A DNA stretch of 64,000 nt from contig CM075992.1 in NCBI GenBank assembly GCA_038087875.1, forward strand, positions 6,946,001-7,010,000, given 5' to 3'. Source of the DNA: Malacoraja senta (Eukaryota). Under the pieces are notes generated by a model. That model made no database searches. It was not told the origin of the DNA and saw nothing but the letters and a program-made list of their open reading frames with translations. Made by a program: the position numbers and the translations under genes. Positions 41,970-54,831 of the stretch are shown in pieces (position 1 is the stretch's first letter; every line of letters begins with the position of its first letter).

Positions 41970-44044
41970 CTCTCTCAGGTCAAGGTTAGGACCTCTTAAA
42001 TCTCTAAAGCCTACAGATGGCAGGCAGCATTGCACTCTCTGACGACCCGCCCTTCCTGAGTGAGAGATTCTCCAGATCCAGCAGCGCTGGAGAGTCAGGA
42101 GCCTGGATCTCCGCTCCGCTCTCACCTCAGGGGACAGACATGGAGCCAAAGTAAAAGGTCACACATTTGTCATCAGTGCAGCCGCCACTATCAGTGCCTT
42201 GGCCGATTACATTGGGTGTGGCCGGCCTCGTCCACATCAGCTCACTGGAATGTCCTGAGCATCAGAGGAGTGGTAAGAAATGAAACCAGAGATGGCCCTT
42301 CATAAATTCATGTCACAGGAGCAGAATTATGCTGAATTTAGCAGAATTTCTATTCAGCGATCGAGCTAATATAAAGATTAGCATCGTTTTCCATTCCCAT
42401 GCTCCCCTTTGTTGCTCCTCTTTCCTTCTCTGACCTCTCTCCTCCACAGGTTCTGAACAAGGACTGACCCAAAATCGACCATGTTCCCTGCAACAGGGCA
42501 CATATCTGGCAGGTTTTGCAAATGTCCAGAGTAAGCTCTAACCAGGTGCTGAGTGGGTGTAAGAAGCCCACACACCTGTCTTTCATATGTTCCTGTCTTA
42601 GGAGCGGAATTAGGCCATTCGGCCCATCAAATCAATTCTGCCATTCAATCATGGCTGATCTATCTTTCCCTCTCAACCCCATTCTCCTGCCCTCCCCATA
42701 ACCCCTGAAACCAGTACTATTAAACAATCTGTCAATCGTCGCCTTAAAAATACCCCAAATGGCCTCCTCAACTGTCAGTGGCAATGGATTCCACAGATTC
42801 ACCACCATCTAACTAGAGAAATTCATCCTCATCACCTCTCTGAAAGTGCGTCCTTTTATTCTGAGGCTGTCCCCTCTGGTCCTAGACGCTCCCACTAGTG
42901 GAAACATCCTCTCCACATCCATTCTATCCAGGTCTTTCATTATTCACCATTCACATTTCACTATTTTGTCTGCCATCTACTAAGATTAGGGCCAGGGCAT
43001 AACTCTGGGAAATGTGCGATTAGGATGTATTTCTCTGATCAGATTCAAATTATTTCGTTTACATTAAAGATACAGCACAGAAACAGGCCCTTCAGCCCAC
43101 TGCGTCCACGCCGACCATCGATCACCCATTCACCCCAGTTCTATGTTATCCCACTTTCTCATCCACTCCCTACACACTAGGGGCAATTTACAGTGGGCCA
43201 ATTAACCTACAAACCCGCACGGTTTGGGAATTGGGACAAAACCGGAGCAAGGTCACAGGGTGAACGTGCAAACTCCACACAGACAGCACCCAAGCCCACG
43301 GTCAGGATCAAAATTGGGTCTCTGGTGCTGTTAGGGAGCAACTCTGCTGCTAAGCCACTGTGCTGCCCCAGAGGAATAATTCCTCTCTCCACCCCCCTCC
43401 CCATACAGATGCCCTCCGAGGTGTGTGGCAGGTACCCAGGAACGGTGCTGAATTATAGGGCCACCCAGGTGACAGATTACATTTATATTCCTCATATATC
43501 CTGAAGAGAAGGTTGTACAACTCTGCACCAACTCTCAACCCCCCCCCCCTGTTATCTCCCCCCGTTCCTCCCACCACCCACCTACAGAATGGGACTTTAC
43601 TGGAGAGACTTAACCTACCTACCACCAGTTTTTTTTGGAGTGTGGGAGGAAACCAGAGCACCCAGTCGAAACCCACACGATCACAGGGGGAACGTGCGAA
43701 CTCCACACAGACAGCACTGGAAGTCGGGGTTGCTGTAGTTGAGGTAGTGGCTCTACCGCTAGGTTTAGGTTACGGTTTATTATTGTACCGAGCTACAGTG
43801 ACAAGCTTGGTTTTGGATGCTATCCAGTCTAGGCAACAGTGCCATCTTTTTCAAAAGCTCGTCTTAGTTTAGTTTAATCTAGTGTATTATTATCAAATTT
43901 ACCGCAGTACAGTGAAAATCTTTTTGTTGCATGCTGTGCAGTCAAAGAATTAAAATCAAGCCGTCCACAGTGTACAGATAAAGGATAAAAGGAATAACCT
44001 TTAATGCAAGATAAAGTTTGATTAAAGATAGTTCAAATGTTTCC

Positions 44045-44560
44045 AATATGCTATTGAGGGAGTGCAGCGTAGGTTCACCAGGTTAATTCCCGGGATGGCG
44101 GGACTATCATATGATGAAAGAATGGGTCGACTGGGCTTGTATTCACTGGAATTTAGAAGGATGAGAGGGAATCTTATAGAAACATATAAAATTATTAAGG
44201 GGTTGGACACGCTAGATGCAGGAAACATGTTCCAGATGTTGGGGGAGTCAAGAACCAGGGTCCACAGTTTAAGAATAAGGGGTAGGCCGTTTAGAACGGA
44301 GACGAGGAAAAACTTTTTCACCCAGAGAGTTGTGAATCTGTGGAATTCTCTGCCTCAGAAGGTAGTGGAGGCCGATTCACTGGATGCATTAATAAGAGAG
44401 TTAGATAGAGTTCTTAGAGCCAGTGGAATCAAGGGATATGGGGAGAAGGCAGGAACGGGGTACTGATTGGGAATGATCAGCCATGATCATATTGAATGGT
44501 GGTGCTGGCTCGAAGGTCCAAATGGCCTACACCTGCACCTATTGTCTACGTATCTATGTA
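44045..44560 (+). mobile_element. CR1 LINE 3' fragment with open RT C-terminal frame
   Basis: ORF 44062-44466 [44 protein letters not shown]...GYGEKAGTGY*. Confidence 0.93.
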
Positions 44561-44654
44561 TCAATAAGGTAGATGGGAGGTCAGGACCGCACTCTAGTTG
44601 GTGAGAGGATGGTTCAGTTGCCTGAACTGTCCCTGAATCTGGAGGTATGCTTTT

Positions 44655-44957
44655 TTTTTAGTTTTAGAGATACTCATACAGCGCGGAAACAGGCCCACCG
44701 AGTCCGCACCGACCAGCGATCCCCGCATATTAACACTACCCTACACACACTAGGGGACAATATTACCTGGATACCAAGCCAATTAACCTACAAACCTGTA
44801 CGTTTTTGGATTGTGGGAGGAAGCCAAAGATCTTGGAGAAAACCCACGCAGGTTTCGGGAAGAACGTACAAACTCCGTACAGACAAGCACGCGTAGTCAG
44901 GATCGAACCCGGGTCTCTGGCGCTGGAAGGCAGTAGATCTACCGTTGCGCCGCCGTG
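44655..44957 (-). mobile_element. tRNA-derived SINE
   Basis: Reverse consensus. Confidence 0.85.
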
Positions 44958-45563
44958 CAGCCCTCAAACCTCTGTACTCAAACTGCTGACCTCTTGGCTG
45001 ATGGGAGTGGGGAGATGAGAGAGTTTGCAGCTCACACAACAAGATGTAACATTCACAGCAATGTGACAAGGGTCAGCTATACCCGAGATCAAACTGGAAA
45101 CTCCCATGCCGTTTAAATGCTGTTTCCCGACCAGATGAAAGGCTAAGAAAGAAGGGCGCACTCCAGCATTGATCTTGGTCTAAGTACCAGGGAGAGTTGA
45201 ACCACTTTCAAGTTGAGAGGCTGAGTTCGAACCCGGGTTATATCCGTTATCTGTGTCTGGATCCCACAGCTTGCCGAGGAATGTGGCGAGGGGTGGGAAT
45301 GTTTGTTTCAAACCGCATCAGAGCAAGTGGGAGGTACTGGTTGGGTTTGGAGGGTTGGTGTTACATCTCACAGGCAAACACATGACTCCCAGCCTGTCAC
45401 TGCTCCCAGGGCGGGCTGTCAGAGACACACGCCTGCAATTAATCACAAATATCAACACACATACCATCTTCCCAGATGACCCCTCCTGAAGCTCAGAGCT
45501 GTGCCTCAGTGGTTCAATGGTACTTTACTGTTCATTGAAGATAGACACAAAAAGCTGGAGTTA

Positions 45564-46135
45564 TGGGCCTGTCCCACCTAGGAGATTTTTTTGGCAACTT
45601 CCGGCGACTGTAATAATTGTAGCAGGTCGCCGAAAAACTGGCGACTGGACCCCCCTACGAGAATGTCTACGACAATGTCTACAACAACCTACCACCTAGT
45701 CGACATCCAGCTACGGCAAGCTACCGACAACCGGCGACCCATTAGGACGCCCACACCTACGACAACCTATGTCCACCCGCGACAAGCTACGGCAAGGTAA
45801 GACAATTCAGTCGGCGGTACCTGTCGCCAGTTGACGTAGGAAGTCGCCAATGGAATTTACCGAAGTCAGCACCGGCGACAACCTACGTCATCCTGGCGAC
45901 AACCTACGACAGCAACCACGTCAGGAGAAGTTAAGCTACGCTCATTGGCGTCAAGCCAATTGTCGCCGAAAGGTTTCAAACATTTCAAAATCCAGCGGCG
46001 ACCAGAAAGGCGCTACGACTCTTTGGGCGACTGAGGAGACGACTCACGACCATACAGGCGACTCCCTGGCGACCATGTGGCGACAGCCTAGTCGCCTGTG
46101 GTCGCCTAATAAATCGCCTAAGTGGGACAGGGGCA
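45564..46135. mobile_element. MITE family B, longer copy, opposite orientation to 33071-33381
   Basis: TGGGCCTGTCCCAC...GTGGGACAGGGGCA; many GGCGAC/GTCGCC submotifs; splits GCTGGAG|CTCAG of a Penelope-derived element. Confidence 0.85.
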
Positions 46136-46503
46136 TATCTCAGTGGGACAGGCAGCATCTCTGGAGAGAAGGAATGGATGACGTTTCGGGTCGAGTCCAC
46201 ATGTAGTTGATTAGTATGGGTGTCAGGGATTCTGGGGAGAAGGCAGGAGAATGGGGTTGAGAGGGAAAGATAGATCAGCCATGATTGAATGGCGGAGTAG
46301 TCACGATGGGCCGAATGACTGAATTCCGCTCCTATATCTTATGAACTTATGAATATGTTCAGTGAGATTCCTTTCTTGCATACAGTTCAGTAAACATCAT
46401 TGGCACAATCAGACTCAAGTACAGTGTAAAGTTAGTCGATTACACTGAGGTAGGATACAAGAGCACCCTTCAAGTTGCAAAAAGACACAAAGTGCTGGAG
46501 TAA

Positions 46504-46834
46504 AAGCCCTGTCCCACGGTACGAGTTCATTCCAAGAGCTCTCCCGAGTTTAAAAAAAATCGAGCTCGTGGTAAGCACGGAGAATGAACGTAGCGGGTAT
46601 GTCGGAGCTCGGGGACGTCTCTTAGCGGCTCGTAACACTAACGGCAGGTACTCGAGAAGACTCGCTAAACGGCAGGTAAGCACGGGAAGACTCATGAAGA
46701 TTTTTCAACATGATGAAAAATGTCCACGAGAGCCCCGAGTACCGACGAGTGGCCATTACCGTAAATCTCCGAGTTCGAATCAGGGCAAACTCGGGAGAAC
46801 TCTTGGAATGAACTCGTACCGTGGGACAGGGGTT
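46504..46834. mobile_element. MITE family A
   Basis: AAGCCCTGTCCCACGGTACGAGTTCATTCCAAGAG / CTCTTGGAATGAACTCGTACCGTGGGACAGGGGTT; flanks TAA / TTA; splits GCTGGAG|CTCAGC. Confidence 0.88.
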
Positions 46835-47255
46835 TTACTCAGCATCTCTGGAGAACATGGATTGATGACGTTTTGGGTCGGGAACCTTCTTCAGAGTCCG
46901 AGTCTGAAGAAAGATCCTGACCTGAAACGTCACCAATCCATGTTCTCCTGAGATGCTGCATGACCCACTGAGTTACTCCAGCACTTTGCGTCTTCTTTTG
47001 TAAACCAGCATCTGTAGTTCCTTGTTTCTACTTTCCTCATCCAACACCGGACAGCCATCTGTTCAATCCTTGATAATGTTTATTGGGTCAAATTGAAGAT
47101 TTTAATCCGTGTGTTAAAAATGCAGAATTTCCTCATCTTTAATCTCCGTCCATCCAAAAAACATTTATCAACACTCTGTTTCTTTGACACCATTTCTGCC
47201 ATTCGCCCACCATGGTCAGTTGTACATAGAGGACTTTACCATGCTCTAGAAATCC

Positions 47256-47554
47256 CTTTAGACTTTTTGACCTCAGAGATACAGTGCGGGAACAGGCTCT
47301 TTGGCCCACGATGACCAACGATCCCTATACACTAACACTATTCCACACACGAGTGACAATTTACAATTTTTTTACCGAAGTCTATTAACCTACAAACCCA
47401 TATGTCTTTGGAGTGTGGGAGGAAACCGGAGCACCCGGAGAAAACCCACGCGGTCACAGGGAGAACGTACAAACTCCGTTCAGACAGCACCCGTAGTCAG
47501 GATTGAACACGGGTCTCTGGCGCTGTGAGGCAGCAACTCTACCCCTGCGCCACC
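47256..47554 (-). mobile_element. tRNA-derived SINE
   Basis: Reverse consensus. Confidence 0.88.
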
Positions 47555-48656
47555 CCAGAGCACTAATTCCTCTCTCCGCCTCACTCCCCCTTTTGAAACT
47601 TACAGATGTCCCCGGAGGTGTGTGGCAGGTTCCCAGGAATTGTGCTGAGTTATGGGGCCTCCCAGGTTAGAGATTAGTGTCTAACCCCGGCAACCCCACT
47701 ACAGAAATAGCTGAGCCTCTCTGCAGACCAAGTAACAACACCCGGAGAAACATATTTTCCATTTTCTCCGTTTCAGGCCACCCAACATCATTACCTCAGT
47801 CTCTGTGATGAAGACCAAACCTGATTCACTCCTCGACCTTCTCCCCCTCTATCTCCCAATTTAAGATGTCCAGCTTTAAGGTGCGAGGGGCAAAGTTCAA
47901 AGGAGATGTACAGGTCAAGTTTAGGTTTACGTTTACTATTGTCACATATACCAAGAGCCTTATTTTACTTGCTAGCCAACATCAGATATACCATATATAG
48001 ATACAATCAGTTCAAATTCACCTGTACTAGGTAGAGCAAATGGGAAGATACAGAATGCAGAATGTAATTCTCAGCATTGTAGTGCATCAGTTCCTTGGAC
48101 AAAGTCCAATTTCCTCAGTGGGGAAGAGGTGAATCGGACAGTACGCTGGCTTATATGCAAGTTTTTTTTATACAGAGGGTGGTGGGCGCAAGGAATGCGC
48201 TGCTGAGGATGGAGGCAGATAAGACAGTAGTGTTTTAGAGACTTTTGGATTATGTGCGGACAAGATAAGGATTGGTCCTGGCATGAAGTTTGGCATGGAC
48301 CTTGTGGGCCCAAGGGCCTGTTCCTGGGCTGTACGGATCTGTGTTCTAAGACTCGATGCTTTCAAGACTGACAAGTTGTGGAAGCCAAGAGTCAAGTGAA
48401 GAGTGTTTAGTTGTCAAAAACTGAGGTCCATGGTGCAACCAAAGATCTATGGACTGTCCAACAGATCAGATATTCCATATCAGATCATTCAGTTCAAACT
48501 CAACTATGAAAGGTAGAGCAAAGGGGAATATACAGAGTTGGGAATATAATTCTCAGCATCGTGGTGCATTAGTTCCACGGACAATATCCAATGTCTTCCA
48601 TGATGATGTAGAGATGAGTCAAACAGTTCAAGCTCCACAGAAGTGAAGTTCTACAG

Positions 48657-48960
48657 GGTGGCACGGTGGTGCAGCAGTAGAGTTGCTGCCTCACAGCACC
48701 ATAGATCCGGGTTCAATCCTGACTAAGGGTGCTGTGTGTATGGAGTTCGTACGTTCTCCCAGTGACCGCGTGGGTTTTGTCCGGGTGCTCTGGCTTCCTC
48801 CCACACTCCAAAGACGTACAGGTTTGTTGATTAATTGGCTTCATTAAAGGCTAAATTGTCCCTAGTGTGTGGAATAGTGCTAGTGTACGGGGTGATTGCT
48901 GGTCGGCGTGGAACTCGGTGGGCCGATGGGCCTGTTTCTGTTCTCTCTCTCTAAACTAAA
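48657..48960 (+). mobile_element. tRNA-derived SINE, full length
   Basis: Same consensus. Confidence 0.9.
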
Positions 48961-50199
48961 GTCCATCGCAGATCATCATTGTTGAAGTTAGTCAAATATA
49001 AAATGAGTCTACACGGCTATCACAACTATTCCCAATAGGCTTGAGGATAAAGCAGGGATCCATGGGGGGGGGATTAATGGAACCCAGCAGACACCCAGAG
49101 GTGGCCCATGCAACATGTTGTGCAGAGACCACGGGAGGATAACATGCAGACATTTGTGAGGGGGCCGGGGGGGGGGGGGGTTTGGGGGGGGAGGTGAGCA
49201 CTTCGTGTATGGGTGCCAGTAGCAGGATCTATGCACCCAAACCATTGATAACCAATTAGTTATAAGTGATGTCCATGTAATTAGGCCAGTCGGCCCATCG
49301 TTTCTATCCCGCCATTCAATCATGGCTGATCTACCCCTCCCTCTCAACCCCATTCTCCTGCCTTCCTGCCATAACCGCTGACAGTCATACTAATCAAGAA
49401 TCTATCTATCTCTGCCTTAAAAATACACATCGACTTGGCCTCCACAGCCGTCTGTGGCAATGAATTCCACAGATTCACCACCCCCTGACTAAAAAAAACT
49501 CTCTTCCTTCCTAAAGAAACGTCCTTTTATCCTGAGGCTATGACCTCTAGTCCTAGACTCTCCCACGAGTGGAATCATCCTCTCCACATCCACTCTATCC
49601 AGGCCATTCACTGTTCAGTAAGTTTCAATGATGCCCCTCCTCAACCTTCTAAACTCCAGTGAGTCGAGGCCCAGTGCCGACAAACGCTTATCCCGTGTTA
49701 ACAGGACGGATCAATACAAGGAGGAATGTGCGGGTGCTAGGAGTTGCCCGCGATGGAGGGCAGTGCCAGGGGTGGGTTGGATCAGAGCTGCTTCGGTGGG
49801 TCTTTGATCTGAAGCCAAACCGCAAATGATTCCCACGAATTGGTGTTGGTGCCAACTGGACCCGAACCTACAGAAGCTGCCTGCCAAAAATAAAATTTGG
49901 TCGGCTCTTTTCGACATTACACTGACTTAAACACTGCCAGTTTATAGTCAGTCGTTACCATACAAGGCAATCACGTCAACTCTTCCTTTGGCAGCAGATC
50001 CTTTGTGCAGTAGATCCAGACCTGTTGCCCGATGAGCCCGAGGTACAGAGTGGGACGTGGCTACTCATCTGTCCTGGCTGCAGATGTCCTGAAACTCCTC
50101 ACCTTTGGGCACTTCTGCACAAAACACCATCCTAACCTGGCACCCAGTGTGCTCAGACTACAGCAGTCAGACCACACCCATGGCCAAGAGAACAGAACT

Positions 50200-50543
50200 G
50201 AACATGTTCCCGATGTTGGGGGAGTCCAGAACCAGGGGCCACAGTTTAAGAATAAGGAGTAAGCCATTTAGAACGGAGACGAGGAAACACTTTTTCTCAC
50301 AGAGAGTGGTGAGTCTGTGGAATTCTCTGCCTCAGAGGGCGGTGGAGGCCGGTTCTCTGGATACTTTCAAGAGAGAGCTGGATAGGGCTCTTAAAAATAG
50401 CGGAGTCAGGGGATATGGGGAGAAGGCAGGAACGGGGTACTGATTGGGGATGATCAGCTATTATCACATTGAGTGGCGGTGCTGGCTCGAAGGGCCGAAT
50501 GGCCTACTCCTGCACCTATTGTCTATTCTAATATTGTCTATTG
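50200..50543 (+). mobile_element. Young CR1 LINE 3' end
   Basis: NMFPMLGESRTRGHSLRIRSKPFRTETRKHFFSQRVVSLWNSLPQ...; nearly identical to 21485-21830. Confidence 0.9.
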
Positions 50544-52124
50544 AACACAAGAACGTGTAGGAAAGAACTGCAGATGCTGGTTTAAACCGAAGGTAGACAC
50601 AAAATGCTGGAGTAACTCAACTCTGGAGAGAATGAATGGGTGATGTTTTGGTTGGGACCTTTCTTCAGACTCGAAAACATCACCAATTCCTTTTCTCCAG
50701 AGAACGTTTCAGGTCGAGACCACACTGTGTGTTGGAAGGAACTGCAGATGCTGGTTTACACCGAAGATAGACACAAAATGCTGGAGTAACTCAGCGGGAC
50801 AGGCAGCATCTCTGGAGAGAAGAACTGTCTACTGAGGATGGGATGTGTCTGAGGAGGCGATTAAAAAGGGAGGTCCCTCAATTAGCCAACTCTCAAGCCC
50901 GTCTTCTCCTCTCTCTTCCTTTCACATTCTGACCATCCCCTGCCTCTCCGTCATGTTCAGACTCACTCTCTCTTCCCTCCTTGCTAGCTTCCAGACTCCT
51001 GGCACCAAGCCTTCTCTGCCTTCGATCGACACAGAGAAAATAATCAGAATCAGTCCCAGATGAAACACAAACCAAGGGAGGAGGGGGGGGGGGGGGGGGG
51101 AGTAATAATTAGACTAATAGCGAACATCTGCCAGGTCCAAAACAACAGCAGTCAGCTCCAAACCCTCACCGAGTGAGCACAGCCCTACAACTGGGACAGA
51201 AAGCTCAGCGGAAATTACTGCAAAAACATTAAAGCTTGTGATCGCTGTTCAGGAATCCCCATTAAAAAAAAAAGTTTCAACAGCTCTCAAGCCCAAGTAA
51301 AAATAGTTGCAGGATTTTGTGCAGCTTTGAACAGGAATGAGAGAGTACATTTCACTAGGTGGTTGGAAAAGGATGTTGTTAAAATCGCAGAGGGTCGTCG
51401 CGCTCTTGATAGCCTGATGTGGATTTGGTTTGGGAAGGGAGCACTTGATGCACCTCGGACTCAAAGTCAATATTTCCACTGAATATAGACACAAAATGCT
51501 GGGGAAAACTCAGCGGGTCAGGCAGCATCTCCAGGGGAAAAGGAATAGGTGATGTTTCGAGTCGAGACCCTTGTTCAGAGAGTTAGGGGATAGGGAAACT
51601 AGAGGTATGAAAAGGTACAGAACAAATCCAAGCCCGCATACAGTAGATGACCACACCTGGAGTATTGTGTGCAGTTTTGGTCTCCTAATTTCAGGAAGGG
51701 CATTATTGCGATTGAGGGAGTGCAGCGTAGGTCACCAGGTTAATTCCCGGGATGGCGGGACTGTCATTTGATGAAATAATGGATCAACTGGGCTGATATT
51801 CACTGGAATTTAGAAGGATGAGAGGGAATCATAGAAACATATAAGAGAGTTGTGAATCTGTGGAATTCTCCGCCACCGAAGGCAGTGGAGGCCAATTCAT
51901 TGGATGTTTTCAAAAGCGAATTAGATATAGCTGTTGGGGCTAACTGAATCAAGGGATATGGAGCGAAAGCAGGAACGGGGTACTGATTTTCGATGTTTAA
52001 GAAGGAACTGCAGATGCTGGAAAATCGAAGGTAGACTAAAATGCTGGAGAAACTCAGCGGGTGAGGCACCATCGATGGAGCGAAGGAAATAGGCAACGTT
52101 TCGGGCCGAAACCCTTCTTCAGAA

Positions 52125-52610
52125 AACATAGAAACATAGAAACATAGAAAATAGGTGCAGGAGTAGGCCATTCGGCCCTTCGAGCCTGCACCGCCATTCG
52201 ATATGATCATGGCTGATCATCCAACTCAGTATCCTGTACCTGCTTTCTCTCCATACCCCCTGATCCCTTTAGGCACAAGGGCCACATCTAACTCCCTCTT
52301 AAATATAGCCAATGAACTGGCCTCAACTACCTTCTGTGGCAGAGAATTCCAGAGATTCACCACTCTCTGTGTGAAAAATGTTTTCCTCATCTCGCTCCTA
52401 AAAGATTTCCCCCTTATCCTTAAACTGTGACCCCTTGTTCTGGACTTCCCCAACATCGGGGACAATTTTCCTGCATGTAGCCTGTCCAACCCCTTAAGAA
52501 TTTTGTACGTTTCTATAAGATCCTCCCTCAATCTTTTAAATTCTAGCGAGTACAAACCGAGTCTATCCAGTCTTTCTTCATATGAAAGTCCTGACATCCC
52601 AGGAATCATC
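52125..52610 (-). mobile_element. CR1 LINE 3' fragment with (AAACATAG)n tail
   Basis: IPGMSGLSYEERLDRLGLYSLEFKRLREDLIETYKILKG...GYGEKAGTGY*. Confidence 0.92.
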
Positions 52611-53229
52611 CCAGGAATCAGAAGAAGGCTGATTGAATGGCGGTGCTGGCTCAAAGGGCCAAATGGCCTACTCCTGCACCTATTGTCTATAATCTATCTG
52701 TTTGTGGCCCTTGCACTTTAAAATAAACTATATTCTTTGACACTGTATATTGCAATCTAATCCTGATATATTCATGAGTGATGGAATTGTCAGGATAGCA
52801 AATTCAGATCTTGATTCTTGTCGTACCCCTGGTGCTTTTCACAAAAGACAGCACAGAACTCAACATTAAATACAGATCGAGCCTTCCAAACCAGAATAAA
52901 GTCTAGGAAGAGGATCATTTAAGAGCATAGAACAAAGAACTGCACAGCACAGGAGTAGGCCCTTCAGCTCACAATGTTTGAGCTGAACATGAAAGTATGT
53001 AAGTGGTGAGTCTGTGGAATTGTCTGCCTCAGAAGGCGGTGGAGGCAGGATCTCTGGATACTTTCAAGAGAGAGCTACATAGGGCTCTTAAAGATAGCAG
53101 AGTCAGGGGATATGGGGAGGAGGCAGGAATGGGGTACTGATTGAGGATGATCAGCCATGATCACATTGAATGGCGGCGCTGGCTCGAAGGGCCGGATGGC
53201 CTACTCCTGCACCTATTGTCTATTGTCTA

Positions 53230-53430
53230 TGTAAGAAAGAACTGCAGATGCTGGTTTAAATCAAAGGGAGACACAAAATGCTGGAGCAACTCAGCGGGAC
53301 AGGCAGCATCTCTGGAGAGAAGGAATGGGTGACTTTTCGGATCGAAACGTCTCGACCCGAAAAGTCACCCATTCCTTCTCTCCAGAGATACTGCCTGTCC
53401 CGCTGAGTTACTCCAGCAAGTTTGGTCTAC
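53230..53430. mobile_element. Fold-back (inverted) Penelope-derived element
   Basis: About 65 bp arms TGCTGGAGCAACTCAGCGGGACAGG...GACTTTTCGG / CCGAAAAGTC...GAGTTACTCCAGCA. Confidence 0.85.
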
Positions 53431-54831
53431 CCTAGTTAAAGTAATCTCCTCTGCCAGCACAAGATCCATAACCCTCCATCTCCTGCAGAAAACCAAGTCC
53501 CTATCTAATAGCCTCTTAAATCCCACTTTCACATCTGCCTGCACCACCACCTCTGGCAGTGCGTTCTAGGCATCCATCACCCACTGTGTAAAAGAAAACT
53601 TGCTCCACACATCTCCTTTAAACTTTGTCCCTCTCACCTTAAAGCTCTGCCCTCTAGTCTTTGACATTTCCACCCTGGGAGAAAACTTCTGTCTCTCTGC
53701 CCTATCTATGCCTCTCATAATTCTATATCTATCTATCTGTACACTACAAGGGCCAGGAAGCGAGTGGGCAAGATCATCTCTGACCCCTCTCACCCTGGCC
53801 ACAAACTCTTTGAATCACTTCCCTCTGGAAGGCGACTCCAGACTGTCAAAAGCTGCCACAGCCAGACATTAAAACAGTTTTTATCCACAAGTAGTTGCTC
53901 TACTCAACAGCCAAAAACATGTAGCCTCCGTTTGATCTGGTATTTTGTTGGTTGACATGCTTGACCAATGGTGTTCTAACATTAATGTTTTATTATTATT
54001 AATGTTTAGTGTTTTCTGAGTGATTCGTAACTGTCACTATATGTCATGTTGTTACTTGTGGGCAGAGCACCAAGGCAAATTCCTTGTATGTGAATACTTG
54101 GCCAATAAACTTACTTACTTACTGACTTAGTCTCCCTCAACCTCCAGCATCCCAGCAAGCTCCAACACATAGTGACAATCTGAGCTGGCTCTGGATCAAA
54201 CATAGGTTCACCAGCAATGTTTGCTGAACTTGGGTTGAGCACAGTGGACAAGTCATGATTCATTTATTCCAAATCACACTCGTGGAGCCACACGGCTGAA
54301 CGGATGGAACATTCCAATGAGATAAAGGTTCGTATGCCTCAAGTGGGTGGCTGTCAAAATGATGAACTCCAGCACCGTTTTAAATCACAGTCCAAGATCT
54401 ACGCAGGTCTCACATTCAGTGACAATAGCTGCAAAGCACACACAGTTGTCACAGCAGGTCAACGGTACAACCTAACTGACACACCATGGCTTTACATTTC
54501 AGTCTCTCACGGAATATGTAGCCTCGTGGCAAAAAAGGCCGTTTCCACTAACAGTCCCGTATCTTATGAGAATGTCAATTTTACAGAGTTGTTACTGATA
54601 GATGGAAATAGCAGATTGTTATTATGCACTCTTGTAGAACTGACCTCACTGTTAAAATCATAACACACTGTGATTAAAAGTAACAGTCAAAGGTATTTAC
54701 TTGGAATGCAATTAAACTCAAATTAAAACTAAAAACAAATGCCACAATAGTCCAAAAAGACATTTGGGCAGACGTATGGATACGAAGGTTCAGATGCATA
54801 TGGCCCAAATACAAATAACCCAATATGCCAG

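Noticed and set aside
44062..44466. Open reverse-transcriptase-like ORFs (CR1, L2, Rex, GIY-YIG) as host or domesticated genes
   Set aside because: All are 5'-truncated or frameshifted repeat fragments with element 3' UTRs attached.
45564..46135. Regularly recurring CGAC/GTCG motifs suggesting a CRISPR-like array or CpG-island promoter
   Set aside because: No constant repeat-spacer period; it is the interior of a TIR-bounded MITE in a vertebrate genome.
49925..49945. Reverse TGGCAGTGT resembles the miR-34/449 5' end
   Set aside because: Only the seed region matches; no convincing hairpin.
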